A stretch of DNA of 64,000 nucleotides from Coleofasciculus sp. B1-GNL1-01 (GTDB lineage: Bacteria; Cyanobacteriota; Cyanobacteriia; Cyanobacteriales; Coleofasciculaceae). This document shows, in pieces, positions 1-9,674 of the stretch. The stretch lies in assembly GCA_040220235.1 (NCBI GenBank), contig JAVJTO010000017.1. One strand, 5' to 3'. The position numbers and the translations under genes were made by a program. The stretch's first letter is position 1, and the number at the start of each line of letters is the position of its first letter. The notes beneath the pieces were generated by a model. That model made no database searches, had not been told where the DNA came from, and saw only the letters and a program-made list of their open reading frames with translations.

Positions 1-1
1 G

Positions 2-688
2 AATATCCACCGTGTCCCCCAAATTGTCCCGAATCATCGCCGAACACTCAATATGCCAGCCCGGACGTCCCGCCCCCCACGGCGATTCCCAGGCAGGTTC
101 TCCGGGCTTAGAACCCTTCCACAGGGCAAAATCAAAAGCGTCCTTTTTCTTAGCCGCCTCTGTATCCGCTACCTCAACTCGCCCACTCGCCCCCGCTTGC
201 AACTCCTCTAACTTTCGTCCCGACAACTTGCCATACTCCCCAAAACGACGCACAGCATAGTAAACATCTCCAGCGGCGGGGTAAGCGTAATTTTTCTGTT
301 CTAAATCATAAATGAGTCGCTTAATCCCATCCAGGCAATGCGTCGCCCGAGGATAGGCATCAGCATCCTTCACATTCAGCCGCGCCATATCCTCAAAATA
401 CGCCTGAATGAAGCGTTCCGAGACAGCCTCCATCGAGGTTCCCTCTTGTCGCGCCCGATTCAGGATTTTATCGTCAATATCGGTAAAATTCTGTACGTAG
501 TTCACATCATAGCCACGCCATTGTAAATAACGACGGGCAGTATCCCAGATAATGCAGGTTCTAGCATGACCCAAATGGCAATAGTCATAAGCGGTGATGC
601 CGCAGCAATACATCCGCACCTTACCCGTCTCTACAGGGGAAAACGGTTCTTTACGACGGGTGAGTGTGTTGTACAGGGTTAGGGTCAT
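2..688 (-). CDS. cysS: Cysteinyl-tRNA synthetase, 5' part (runs off left edge; not in ORF track)
   Basis: Manual translation from ATG at 688: [16 protein letters not shown]...[20 protein letters not shown] (HIGH motif) and [12 protein letters not shown] near the window edge. Confidence 0.95.
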   Translation of the reverse strand, partial: MTLTLYNTLTRRKEPFSPVETGKVRMYCCGITAYDYCHLGHARTCIIWDTARRYLQWRGYDVNYVQNFTDIDDKILNRARQEGTSMEAVSERFIQAYFEDMARLNVKDADAYPRATHCLDGIKRLIYDLEQKNYAYPAAGDVYYAVRRFGEYGKLSGRKLEELQAGASGRVEVADTEAAKKKDAFDFALWKGSKPGEPAWESPWGAGRPGWHIECSAMIRDNLGDTVDI

Positions 689-839
689 GGCACAAGAACA
701 GTAAACTCAGTTGGGAACAGATACGCAATAATGGGAAAGGATTGGCAGATCCAGCGTACAGGTTGATGCTTGGTTTAACCACATCTGTACGTTATCTTCC
801 TATATTCTGACGTTTAAATACAGTTCAACATAGCGCCTT

Positions 840-1946
840 ATGCAATCAGTCACAACTCAGTCTGCATCCGACCCAACCATGGACGCAGCGATACATGGCT
901 TACCTGTCACGATTATTACAGGATTTCTCGGCAGTGGCAAAACGACGCTGCTTAATCATATCTTGAGCAACCAAGACGGTGTCAAGACTGCCGTTTTAGT
1001 CAATGAGTTTGGCGAAATTGGCATTGATAATGAACTCATTGTCACCACCGGGGATGACATGGTGGAACTGAGTAATGGTTGTATTTGCTGCACCATTAAT
1101 GAAGATTTAGTCAATGCTATTTACAAGGTACTGGAACGGGAGGATAAGGTGGATTACCTGGTGGTGGAAACCACAGGATTAGCTGATCCCCTACCCGTCG
1201 CCCTCACGTTTCTAGGAACCGAACTGCGAGACATGACGCGCCTCGATTCCATCGTTACTGTGGTAGACTGCGAGAATTTCAGTTTGGATCTATTCAATAG
1301 CGAAGCGGCATATAGTCAAATTGCTTACGGCGATATCATTCTGCTGAATAAAATCGACTTAGTTGATGAGGCAGATGTAGACGCCTTGGAGGTGAGAATT
1401 CGCGAAATTAAAGAAGGAGCGAGGATTATTCGCACCACTCAATCCCAAGTGCCATTACCATTGATTTTAAGTGTAGGATTGTTTGAGTCAGATCGGTATT
1501 TTGAGGAATCATCGGCTCATGACCATGATCATCACCATGATCATGATCATCACCATGACCACGATTGCGATCATGACCATCACGATCATGAACATCATCA
1601 CGATCATGATCACTCCCATCACTTAGAAAATGATGGATTTACCTCGATTTCCTTCCAGAGTGATAAACCCTTCAACATCCGGAAGTTTCAATATTTCTTA
1701 GACAATCAACTGACAACGAATATTTTCCGGGCTAAGGGAATTCTCTGGTTTGATGAGAGTCCAAACCGCCACATTTTCCACCTCAGTGGTAAGCGGTTTA
1801 ATATCGAAGATGATCAGTGGAAAGGGGACAAGAGAAATCAATTGGTGCTAATTGGTCAAGATTTAGACCATGATAAGTTGTACAAGCAACTTGAGAGTTG
1901 TCTTTGTTTACCCTCGGAAAATCGAGGTAAAGGATTTGGGACTTAA
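840..1946 (+). CDS. COG0523/CobW-family G3E GTPase metallochaperone with His-rich insert
   Basis: GFLGSGKTT, GCICC, ETTGLADP and NKxD motifs; long (HD/HH)n tract; CobW_C-like FRAKG...LVLIG. Confidence 0.92.
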   Translation: MQSVTTQSASDPTMDAAIHGLPVTIITGFLGSGKTTLLNHILSNQDGVKTAVLVNEFGEIGIDNELIVTTGDDMVELSNGCICCTINEDLVNAIYKVLEREDKVDYLVVETTGLADPLPVALTFLGTELRDMTRLDSIVTVVDCENFSLDLFNSEAAYSQIAYGDIILLNKIDLVDEADVDALEVRIREIKEGARIIRTTQSQVPLPLILSVGLFESDRYFEESSAHDHDHHHDHDHHHDHDCDHDHHDHEHHHDHDHSHHLENDGFTSISFQSDKPFNIRKFQYFLDNQLTTNIFRAKGILWFDESPNRHIFHLSGKRFNIEDDQWKGDKRNQLVLIGQDLDHDKLYKQLESCLCLPSENRGKGFGT

Positions 1947-1956
1947 ACGAACTATT

Positions 1957-1984
1957 GTAGAGACGCCCCATGGCGCGTCTCTAC
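1957..1984. repeat. GTAG-type REP-like palindrome, family 1 (GTAGAGACG-N10-CGTCTCTAC)
   Basis: Inverted repeat; related copies at ~25568-25591, 35525-35552, 36198-36225, 37766-37789, 41030-41053 and degenerate ~52280. Confidence 0.8.
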
Positions 1985-2024
1985 GGTTCCCTGTTCCCTG
2001 TTCCCTCCCCTCACCGACTCTATA

Positions 2025-4247
2025 TTAAGGACATTCCGGATGCCGTCCCCCATGATTACAGATATATTGCAACTGATTGGTATCTAAATTTTTAGCCCGG
2101 GCAAAATTCACGCCCTCTACTCGTGCCCCCGACGCGGCGGCTGGAGGTTGGGTGATAAACTGATCTGACTGAACAGGCACGGCTGTGGCAAACATAGCGC
2201 CCAAGAAATCCGTTCCGGTTACATTTGCCCCGCGTAAATCTACCGCACTCAAATTCGTATTCTGTAGCTTGGCATTTTGTAATTGAGCCTGACTCAAATT
2301 CGCCTTAACCAATTTTGTCGAACTCAAATCCGCATCCTGTAACTTCGCCTGAGTAAAATTGGCTCCCGATAAATCAGCCCCTTGCCAATTGGATTGGGTC
2401 AAATCCGCAAAGCTGAAATCTCCGCCAACGGCACTCACTTGACTGAGACTTCCCCCATGTAAATTCACCAGAGATGCCTTTACTTCGCCTAAATTCGCCC
2501 CGGTCAAGCTAGCATTTTCTAATACGGCTCGGCTTAAATCAGCCCCAATCAGTTGAGCGCTGCTGAAGTTCGCGCCAATGAGATAGCTATCCGCTAAATT
2601 TGCCCGATTGAGAATTGCCCGGATCAAATTTGTGCGAGCCATCAAAACATTGTTTAAATTTGCCCCAGTTAAATCCGCTTCCTTGAGTTCAGCCCCGCTT
2701 AAATCTGCAATCCAATCATCAAATGTACCCCAGCGTTGATCCGCACCCGCCCCATAAAAACGGCTGTTTTGGAAACTGCCCCCCGTTAAGATGGCGGAAC
2801 GGAAATTAAGTCCGGCTAGATCGAGGTTATCCAAAACTAAGGTAAATTGAACTGAACGGGTGTCCATTTGACTCAAGTCAGTGCGACTCAAATCCGCCTC
2901 GTGCAGTTCACTGCTGTAGATGGTGAGAATTTTCGCGATCGCCCGATTGGTTGCCCGTTGCCGTAATGCCACCAACTGCTGCTCTCCTGGCGTTCCCCGA
3001 CGGGCTAATGTGTCTCGGTCATTTTGCAGCGCCTGATTTAACCGTTGCAGGGGAGGTAGGGCTTCGGCACCTTTACTCACCAACGCTTGCTGCAGGGTAT
3101 CAATCAGACTTGGCGTGTTTTCCTGTCCCAATAAATCCACCAGAAACGGCACAGCACGGGGATCATCCAGCCTTGCCAGCGCCAGAATTGCCGCCTGTCG
3201 TTCTTCTAGGGCGGTGGCGGAGGTAGAACTTAACTGCTTGACCAGCGCTAGAAAGACTTCGTTATTCTGTTGATTAACTTCTCGCCAATTTGCCTGACGT
3301 TGAATATACACCTGAGTCCCGACAAAAGTCCCCAAAACCGATGCCATTCCCGCAAACGAGAGAATTAGCAAGGTTGCGCCAGGATGACGGCGCATCCACC
3401 CCCACAGATGAGGGACTTGTCGAGATGAGGATTGGGAAGTGAGGACGATGGTGGTGACGGAGGGATGATGAGACTGATCATGGGTTGATGTTTCGCTCTG
3501 TTGACGCCAGCCGTTGTCAAATTCTAGGGTAACGGAGTGATCCCGATCGGTCTGCCAGCCGTTGAATGAGCCGGATGCCAATCCCTGAGACGCATTCACC
3601 ACATAAGTACCTGCCATGCGATCGTGGAAGGTGCGGCGTCGTGAGTGAATCCAGCCACTGCCATGTTCGATGAGTAGCATGACTCCCGCCAGTCCTAATA
3701 AGATGCCAAAGTCGGGAAATGCGCCCGTATACCGCCACAGCAAATAGGCTGTACCCAGAGGTAATCCCCAGCGCCCGACTGCCTCACGCCAAACTGCCCG
3801 GATTAATCCCGGTGGTGTTCCCATTGGTGTCACCACCCGCAGCTTTAACCATTGTTTGGGCGTGGTTTGCCCTGTTTTCCCCAATTGATAAAGCTGCCAA
3901 CTGACCACCACAACAGGCATAACAATTGCCCCACACCAGAACAAATTAGTCAGGGGGGCAACCTGGCGATTTAATCGCGCTCGTGGATATGCCAGGGTTT
4001 TTGCGATCGCCTCTTCCGTTGCTGCGACGACAGGGTTGATAGGAACGGGTTCAGCGGGGGAATGGTCTTTGGCATACTCGCCGATACTGTAAGGAATGAC
4101 CGCACTTGCCGTCACTAACGACACTTCCAGAACCACGGCTGCCAACCGCCGGGTCATTATCGGTAATGCCCGGTTTAGTCGCAGTGAAAATGATCGACTA
4201 ACCGTTTGATTATGGACTTGTTTTATGGTAGGGCTAGTCATGTTCAA
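2025..4247 (-). CDS. hglK: RDD-domain membrane protein with HEAT-like segment and C-terminal pentapeptide repeats (HglK-like)
   Basis: RDD motifs (RRLAA, GQTTPKQWLKLRVV, RRTFHDRMAGTYVV), TM helices and a long A(D/N)LxX pentapeptide run; architecture matches Anabaena HglK. Confidence 0.7.
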   Translation of the reverse strand: MNMTSPTIKQVHNQTVSRSFSLRLNRALPIMTRRLAAVVLEVSLVTASAVIPYSIGEYAKDHSPAEPVPINPVVAATEEAIAKTLAYPRARLNRQVAPLTNLFWCGAIVMPVVVVSWQLYQLGKTGQTTPKQWLKLRVVTPMGTPPGLIRAVWREAVGRWGLPLGTAYLLWRYTGAFPDFGILLGLAGVMLLIEHGSGWIHSRRRTFHDRMAGTYVVNASQGLASGSFNGWQTDRDHSVTLEFDNGWRQQSETSTHDQSHHPSVTTIVLTSQSSSRQVPHLWGWMRRHPGATLLILSFAGMASVLGTFVGTQVYIQRQANWREVNQQNNEVFLALVKQLSSTSATALEERQAAILALARLDDPRAVPFLVDLLGQENTPSLIDTLQQALVSKGAEALPPLQRLNQALQNDRDTLARRGTPGEQQLVALRQRATNRAIAKILTIYSSELHEADLSRTDLSQMDTRSVQFTLVLDNLDLAGLNFRSAILTGGSFQNSRFYGAGADQRWGTFDDWIADLSGAELKEADLTGANLNNVLMARTNLIRAILNRANLADSYLIGANFSSAQLIGADLSRAVLENASLTGANLGEVKASLVNLHGGSLSQVSAVGGDFSFADLTQSNWQGADLSGANFTQAKLQDADLSSTKLVKANLSQAQLQNAKLQNTNLSAVDLRGANVTGTDFLGAMFATAVPVQSDQFITQPPAAASGARVEGVNFARAKNLDTNQLQYICNHGGRHPECP

Positions 4248-4278
4248 TTCTCACGCGACGCGGATAAAGGGTGGGCAA

Positions 4279-4566
4279 CTATTGGGGAGACTTAGGAGTA
4301 ATGAAAAATTTATACACTACATAGAGGATTATTCCCAATAGGGCAAGGCTAATTAACGAGGTAATCAGTTGGAAAACAGTCTTCAAGAGGGATAGACCCA
4401 AGCTGCCGCCAACAATCACCACAATAACTTTACCAACGGTAGGCAGGCTGTTAAACCAAGCACTGATTTGATTGAACCGTTGCTTCATCGGATAGGTGTT
4501 ATAGAAGGGCGGTTGAAAGGGATTGCCCACGGGCGTGGATTGGTCGTCGTCTCGATTCGGTTCCAT
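4279..4566 (-). CDS. Small two-TM hypothetical membrane protein
   Basis: Two hydrophobic helices; co-oriented 32 bp upstream of the RDD gene. Confidence 0.7.
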   Translation of the reverse strand: MEPNRDDDQSTPVGNPFQPPFYNTYPMKQRFNQISAWFNSLPTVGKVIVVIVGGSLGLSLLKTVFQLITSLISLALLGIILYVVYKFFITPKSPQ

Positions 4567-4691
4567 CTGCCAAGAGAATTAAGTTGTAGAAATCAGGTTA
4601 TATGTTTTGATTTTATCGGTTTGAGCAAGGTTTCGGGCAATTCTTATAGGTTAAGTGCTGAGGGAGTGACAAGGGACTTGAGGGTACTACT

Positions 4692-4860
4692 GGGTGTCGG
4701 ATGTCGGGTTTCGGGTGTGGGAAGCTGGGGGAGCAGGGGAAGCTGGGGGAGATTAGGGAGTTCACTCAAAACTCGACCTTACTCTGTTCCCTGTTCCCTG
4801 TTCCCTATTCCCTGACAAATGACAAATGACAAATGACGAATGACGAGTGACAAATAACAA
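4692..4860. repeat. Mixed short tandem repeats (GGGTGTC, GGGGAAGCT, TGTTCCC, TGACAAA); STRR-like
   Basis: Visible heptamer/nonamer runs in the intergenic region. Confidence 0.8.
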
Positions 4861-4903
4861 ACAGGAACAGAGTCAGTTTCGGCGGGTCTATTAATGTACG
4901 ACG

Positions 4904-5371
4904 ATGAGTTTTAGAAAGACTCAAACAATAGTGGAGCCTCAGAGAATGAAACGACTGAAACAGTGGATGATTGTGCCAACCACCTTAGCGATGCTGCTAG
5001 CGAACACAGGTTTGCTCCATAGTCAGACCGTGCAAAGGTTAGCGCCAGGATTTAATGCCCTAGAACTCCAAGGCACTTCCGCTCAAGGGAACAATTGCCA
5101 AGTGGGTAATATCCAACCGCAGTATACGATCACCTTGGAACAAGACTTCGGTTCGTTGAACTTCAGCCTCCAAAGCGCTGGTCAATCGGCTTTGATCATT
5201 GAACCCTTGAATTCAGCAGGCGAACCCGTGGCAAGTGGTAGACAATGTGTGTTAGCCACTGCGCCAGGGCAAACCGTTGAAGCACCGGGATATTGGGAAG
5301 AAGGCACTTACAAGATCTATATTGTCGATAGCGCTGGAGGGCAACGTTATACCCTCTCCATTAGTCAGTAG
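4904..5371 (+). CDS. Secreted hypothetical protein (beta-rich, two Cys)
   Basis: Signal-peptide-like N-terminus (likely start MKRLK); GYWEEGTYKIYI...YTLSIS resembles PPC-like beta sandwiches. Confidence 0.7.
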   Translation: MSFRKTQTIVEPQRMKRLKQWMIVPTTLAMLLANTGLLHSQTVQRLAPGFNALELQGTSAQGNNCQVGNIQPQYTITLEQDFGSLNFSLQSAGQSALIIEPLNSAGEPVASGRQCVLATAPGQTVEAPGYWEEGTYKIYIVDSAGGQRYTLSISQ

Positions 5372-5505
5372 GTGGGACAAATGAAAGTTAACGGCTCTGA
5401 TCGTTATACTCGCTTCCCGAAAAGAAGCAAGCTACGTCTTATGTGAGGGTTTGAGGGACTTTACAGAAACTAATATCGTTGAGTGTATTTCCACTAACCT
5501 ACTGA
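5365..5505. mobile_element. MITE-like element, family B copy 1 (ends AGTAGGT...ACCTACT)
   Basis: Terminal inverted repeats; internal similarity to 23915-24091; overlaps the stop codon of the upstream gene. Confidence 0.7.
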
Positions 5506-5550
5506 GTCGCCATGGCTTGAACCCGCTAAGCCTTATATCTGACAATGGAC

Positions 5551-5931
5551 TTAATCTTCAAGCTGCTTTACTGAAACCTCTACGGCGTCTACATCAATCG
5601 TACCCGGTGGCGTCAAGCGGTTAAACTGACCCTGTTCGACTTTCAACAATTCGCCACAGTTAGGACAGCGGCATTCGGTACGATTAAACCCAGTAAACTC
5701 GTAGGTACAGACGGGACATTTATCCTCAACCAGGTTACGCTGTAACCACCAGCGAAAGCCAATCCAGCCAATAACTGGTGCGAGGATGACTAACCCAATC
5801 AGAATTAAGAATCCGTTGACCAGCCAGCCCAAGCCAACTGTTCCCAATAAGAGAAAGGTGGCTAATAGGGTGAGCCAACAGCCCACGCCTGATAGGTTAA
5901 ACTGAGCAAGTTTAGGATCGTACTGGTTCAC
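5551..5931 (-). CDS. Conserved cyanobacterial membrane protein with zinc ribbon
   Basis: Two TM helices, CPVC...CPNC, C-terminal GTIDVDAVEV. Confidence 0.8.
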   Translation of the reverse strand: MNQYDPKLAQFNLSGVGCWLTLLATFLLLGTVGLGWLVNGFLILIGLVILAPVIGWIGFRWWLQRNLVEDKCPVCTYEFTGFNRTECRCPNCGELLKVEQGQFNRLTPPGTIDVDAVEVSVKQLED

Positions 5932-6018
5932 GGTAGTTGTTGGAAACTGACTATCTCCATCCTAGTTCACATCCGGTCTCACCTGAGAGGGGAAAAGCTA
6001 CACCCTACCAACAACGGT

Positions 6019-6678
6019 TTAACTGCTGATCATTTCCGCTGATGCAGATTGTCCTAAACGGGGTTCAGTTCCAGCGAATAGGCGCTGAATATTGGCTCGA
6101 TGGCGTAATATAACGTATAGCCCCGCCACAACCCCAAATAGCTGATAGGGCAATGGTTGAGCTAAGACTATCATCAAAACAGCCACCGCGATCGCCGCTG
6201 CAATCGAACCCAGAGAAACAATCCGCGAGAAACTGACGACCCCAATAAAGATTATCAATACACTCAATGCGACGAACCAAGACATAGCGAATAAGACACC
6301 TAACCCTGTAGCGGCTGATTTTCCTCCCGTAAAGTTAATCCAAATTGATTTACTGTGACCCAACATAGCCGCCAACGCGACAACAGCCACCAACCAAGGT
6401 TTCCAGGTATCCGGCATCACGGATGATCCCGTTAGGGCAAAGAAGCCATGCACTAAAGCAACAGCACCTACTCCTTTCGCCGCATCAATCAGTAAAACGA
6501 CTAAAGCTGGACCTTTTCCCAGGTTTCTCAAAACATTGGTCGCCCCCGTTGATCCCGAACCGATTTCCCGAATATCAATTCCTTTAACTAGACGTCCTGC
6601 CAAATATCCAGTTGGAATTGAGCCAAGTAAGTAAGCACTGATCAGCAGTAGCCCAATCCAACTCAACTCACGCATCAT
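6019..6678 (-). CDS. plsY: Glycerol-3-phosphate acyltransferase PlsY
   Basis: YLLGSIP, DIRxxGSGSTGATN, GHSxSIW..F.GGK and RHRANIQRL..GTEP motifs. Confidence 0.95.
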   Translation of the reverse strand: MMRELSWIGLLLISAYLLGSIPTGYLAGRLVKGIDIREIGSGSTGATNVLRNLGKGPALVVLLIDAAKGVGAVALVHGFFALTGSSVMPDTWKPWLVAVVALAAMLGHSKSIWINFTGGKSAATGLGVLFAMSWFVALSVLIIFIGVVSFSRIVSLGSIAAAIAVAVLMIVLAQPLPYQLFGVVAGLYVILRHRANIQRLFAGTEPRLGQSASAEMISS

Positions 6679-6908
6679 TGTTTTAAACTCTCCACAATTA
6701 ACAAGCTAGGGGAGATAATTAGACCTTTATTGGTACATCTCCCCAAGCCGATTTTATATGGGAGCGTGTGACACAGGTAAGGGTATGGCAGGAAAATCGT
6801 AACATTTGTTACCTATATCTCCCCAGCTTCCCCTGTTCCCTGTTCTCTGTTCCCTGTTTCCTATTCCCCCATCCCAACCCTCAACTTTAATGTTGTCCGA
6901 CTACGTTA

Positions 6909-8111
6909 TTAGTAATTACTCATTTGCTGAGGATCGGGAGCAAAGGCTAACCAGAGAGGAAATTGCAGGATTGAAAGACTAATCTGGTCTTCTGTTTCAT
7001 CAACAATGATTAAAGGAAGTTGCTTCTGAGTCATTAAGCGATCGGCTTTTTGCACCAGGGCGGATGCTTCCTCAAATAAAACGACCCCCCGTTCTGGACC
7101 AAAATCACTGCGGGCAATACCCAGACAATCCTGCAATCCTCTGCGCCACTCTCCCAGACGTTCAGGGGTATTAGCAAGAACCAAGGTTCGTAGTCTATCA
7201 CCGTAAAGCGTCCGCATAACAGACATCACGGCGGAGGCGACCAAAATATTTTGCAAGCGGCTACCGATAGTGCGAATCGCCCCACGCCCCCCTTGAGTAA
7301 AAAACCAATTAGACACTCGCTCGGCATGAATTGGCTCAAACGTGCGACGTAATTGCCAAGGAGGACCATAATAGTCTGGCATTTTGCGGTATTGGTCAAT
7401 GATGTCGCGAATTTGTCGGATCTGATCTTGAAACGCTTGTTCAGCAAATTTGGGTGTAGGCGAAGAGGCTGGCGGTTGGGGTTCATTCATCCTCGGTTGG
7501 GGCGATTCTGCCATCGGTTCGGCTAATTCCAACTGCTCCGCCGCCACAACCAAGTCTTGTAAACTGCCCACCAAATAGTCTTTAAAACCCTGCACCCGAA
7601 TTGCCAATTCTTGAGACACCCCAGCAAATGTGGTTCGCATTTCCGTGCGAATGCGTTCTCGGCGGCGTTCGAGTTGCTCCACAGAAATTAAAAGGGCTTG
7701 CTTGCGCTGCTCTAATTCGCTTAACCCCTCTTGGAGCATTTGTTGGATAGTGCCTTGGGTTTTGGTGAGCTGGTCAGATAAAATCTGATTTTGGCTGGCT
7801 TGTAGCTGGGCAATTTTTTGCCTCAACTGTTGTTCTTGGCGTTCAAGGTCAGCGATCGTTTGAGTTAAATTCGCTACGGTTTCCTGTTGATCTCTTGATG
7901 GCGTCATCTGATTATCATCTGGCGCAGGTAAGTCTACAGCATTTGAAGCGTCAGCTTGGGGTTGTATCACGTCAGATTGGTCAGATAAATCGGTTAACGG
8001 CTCAGAGCGTTCTGTTTCGGGTTTTGGCTCTAGAGAGTTTTCCTCAAATCCCTCCAGGATTGGTTGTTGTTCTAAATTGGATTCTTGGGTTTGTGGTTCG
8101 TCTGAATTCAT
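6909..8111 (-). CDS. DUF3086-family coiled-coil protein (likely start MNSDEP at 8111)
   Basis: Coiled coil; PDYYGPPWQLRRTFE and RLGEWRRGLQDCLG motifs; conserved position next to plsY. Confidence 0.85.
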   Translation of the reverse strand: MNSDEPQTQESNLEQQPILEGFEENSLEPKPETERSEPLTDLSDQSDVIQPQADASNAVDLPAPDDNQMTPSRDQQETVANLTQTIADLERQEQQLRQKIAQLQASQNQILSDQLTKTQGTIQQMLQEGLSELEQRKQALLISVEQLERRRERIRTEMRTTFAGVSQELAIRVQGFKDYLVGSLQDLVVAAEQLELAEPMAESPQPRMNEPQPPASSPTPKFAEQAFQDQIRQIRDIIDQYRKMPDYYGPPWQLRRTFEPIHAERVSNWFFTQGGRGAIRTIGSRLQNILVASAVMSVMRTLYGDRLRTLVLANTPERLGEWRRGLQDCLGIARSDFGPERGVVLFEEASALVQKADRLMTQKQLPLIIVDETEDQISLSILQFPLWLAFAPDPQQMSNY

Positions 8112-8262
8112 TGAATAATTAATATCTGATAATGATTTACATTCCCAACCTCTAAACGGGGGGACTATTCTCAAGGGCGAGTTACCGGGCAAGAGAGCCT
8201 TTAGTACAAGGTGTTCTCAAGCCTAAACGTTAAATTTCAGCAAGGCATATCGGAAAGTAGTT

Positions 8263-8652
8263 TCAACTCTGGGGACAGCGCTCCTCTAAGCAAAGTTTAA
8301 GCTGTTTGGGATCAAATAAAATTGGCAAAAAGTGGATGCTATTAACTTCCTTAAAATAGAAAAGGATTGGAAACGATGACCAGAAAATTCGCCAATTTGA
8401 CCAGTCTTTATAAGGAAAACGGCGAATTAAAGTCTGGGAGCGATAGACATCCAATGCGGTTTCGGTAAATTGTAGACGGATAGTTACCGCTTGAATCATT
8501 AAAAATAACCCGAAAAGAGCGAGGAGTAAACCGACCCAAATTTGGAGTAGCACAATCGGTATACTCGCCAGAACCAATACCAAAGGAATGACGTAGCTAG
8601 GGGCAAGTTCGATGGTTTGGGTTGATGAAGATGAAGAAGTAGCAGAGGTCAC
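8263..8652 (-). CDS. DUF3119-family membrane protein
   Basis: Two TM helices then RRFPYKDWSNWRIFW...YFKEVNSIHFLPILFD. Confidence 0.85.
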   Translation of the reverse strand: MTSATSSSSSTQTIELAPSYVIPLVLVLASIPIVLLQIWVGLLLALFGLFLMIQAVTIRLQFTETALDVYRSQTLIRRFPYKDWSNWRIFWSSFPILFYFKEVNSIHFLPILFDPKQLKLCLEERCPQS

Positions 8653-8708
8653 TAGACTAAATTCCTGTTGTTTATCGACACAAATGATCTATTTTAATAT
8701 ACCTCTGA

Positions 8709-9494
8709 CTACAGAACTGCACTGCCTGTGCCTTGGAACATCAGCCACGACATAAAAAAGTTAGTGATAAAAATGGCAAGTAAAGCCGTGACGACTGCCG
8801 TTGTCGTGGATTGACCGACTCCTTTGGCACCACCTGTTGTGGTTAATCCCCAGCTACAGCCAATGACGGCTATCAGCATCCCAAACACAGCGGCTTTAAT
8901 CATCGCCGTAAACAAATCCCAGATTCCCAGGAAATTCCGGGCGGAATCCAGAAAGACAGATTGAGGAATATTGTACAGATTAACAGCAATCAATACACCG
9001 CCCGTCATGCCGAGAATAATTGAGAGAATTGTCAATAACGGCAGCATTAGACAGCAGGCAATGACACGAGGGATGACCAAATAATCAATGGGATCGGTTT
9101 TAAGCATATAAAGTGCATCAATTTGTTCGGTCACGCGCATTGTGCCAATCTCAGCCGCAAATGCTGAACCCACTCGTCCGGCAATCACCACAGCCGTTAA
9201 TACAGGCGCAAGTTCCCGGCTCAATGCCAGTGCCAAAACCCCTCCAATGGCTGTAGTTGCCCCAAAGTTAATAAATTCTCGCGTTACCTGAATGGTAAAC
9301 ACGGCACCGATAAAAGTAGCCGTGATCATGGCAATGGTCAGTGAATCCGGACCAACAACTGCCATTTGCTCCAGGGTATTGCGTCGGTAGATTTTGCCTC
9401 CCAGAAGATGAACGATGACTTGACCGCCTAATAAAACGGCAGCTAGCAAGCGCTGGAGCCACAATCCTAAGCTAGAGGAGGAGGTTTCATTCAT
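8709..9494 (-). CDS. mlaE: MlaE-family lipid ABC permease (Ycf63/TGD1-like)
   Basis: RELAPVLTAVVIAGRVGSAFAAEIGTMRVTEQIDAL signature. Confidence 0.93.
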   Translation of the reverse strand: MNETSSSSLGLWLQRLLAAVLLGGQVIVHLLGGKIYRRNTLEQMAVVGPDSLTIAMITATFIGAVFTIQVTREFINFGATTAIGGVLALALSRELAPVLTAVVIAGRVGSAFAAEIGTMRVTEQIDALYMLKTDPIDYLVIPRVIACCLMLPLLTILSIILGMTGGVLIAVNLYNIPQSVFLDSARNFLGIWDLFTAMIKAAVFGMLIAVIGCSWGLTTTGGAKGVGQSTTTAVVTALLAIFITNFFMSWLMFQGTGSAVL

Positions 9495-9670
9495 TCGTCA
9501 TTTTTGTCATTTGTCATTTGTCATTTGTCATTCGTCATTTGTCATTCGTCATTTGTCATTCGTCCTTGTTCACTGTTCACTGTTCACTGTCCACTGTTCA
9601 CTGTTCACTGTTCACTGTTCACTGTCCACTGTTCACTGTCCACTGTTCACTGTTCACTGTTCACTGTCCA
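9494..9670. repeat. Adjacent heptamer arrays: ~10x TT(T/C)GTCA then ~15x TGT(T/C)CAC
   Basis: Directly visible tandem repeats between pilJ and mlaE. Confidence 0.95.
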
Positions 9671-9674
9671 AGGA

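Noticed and set aside
12..526. Plus-strand ORFs 12-260 and 338-526, plus the many short antisense ORFs within long genes
   Set aside because: Shadow frames of cysS and other well-supported CDSs
689..839. Zur box expected upstream of the COG0523 gene
   Set aside because: No TGATAATnATTATCA-like palindrome visible
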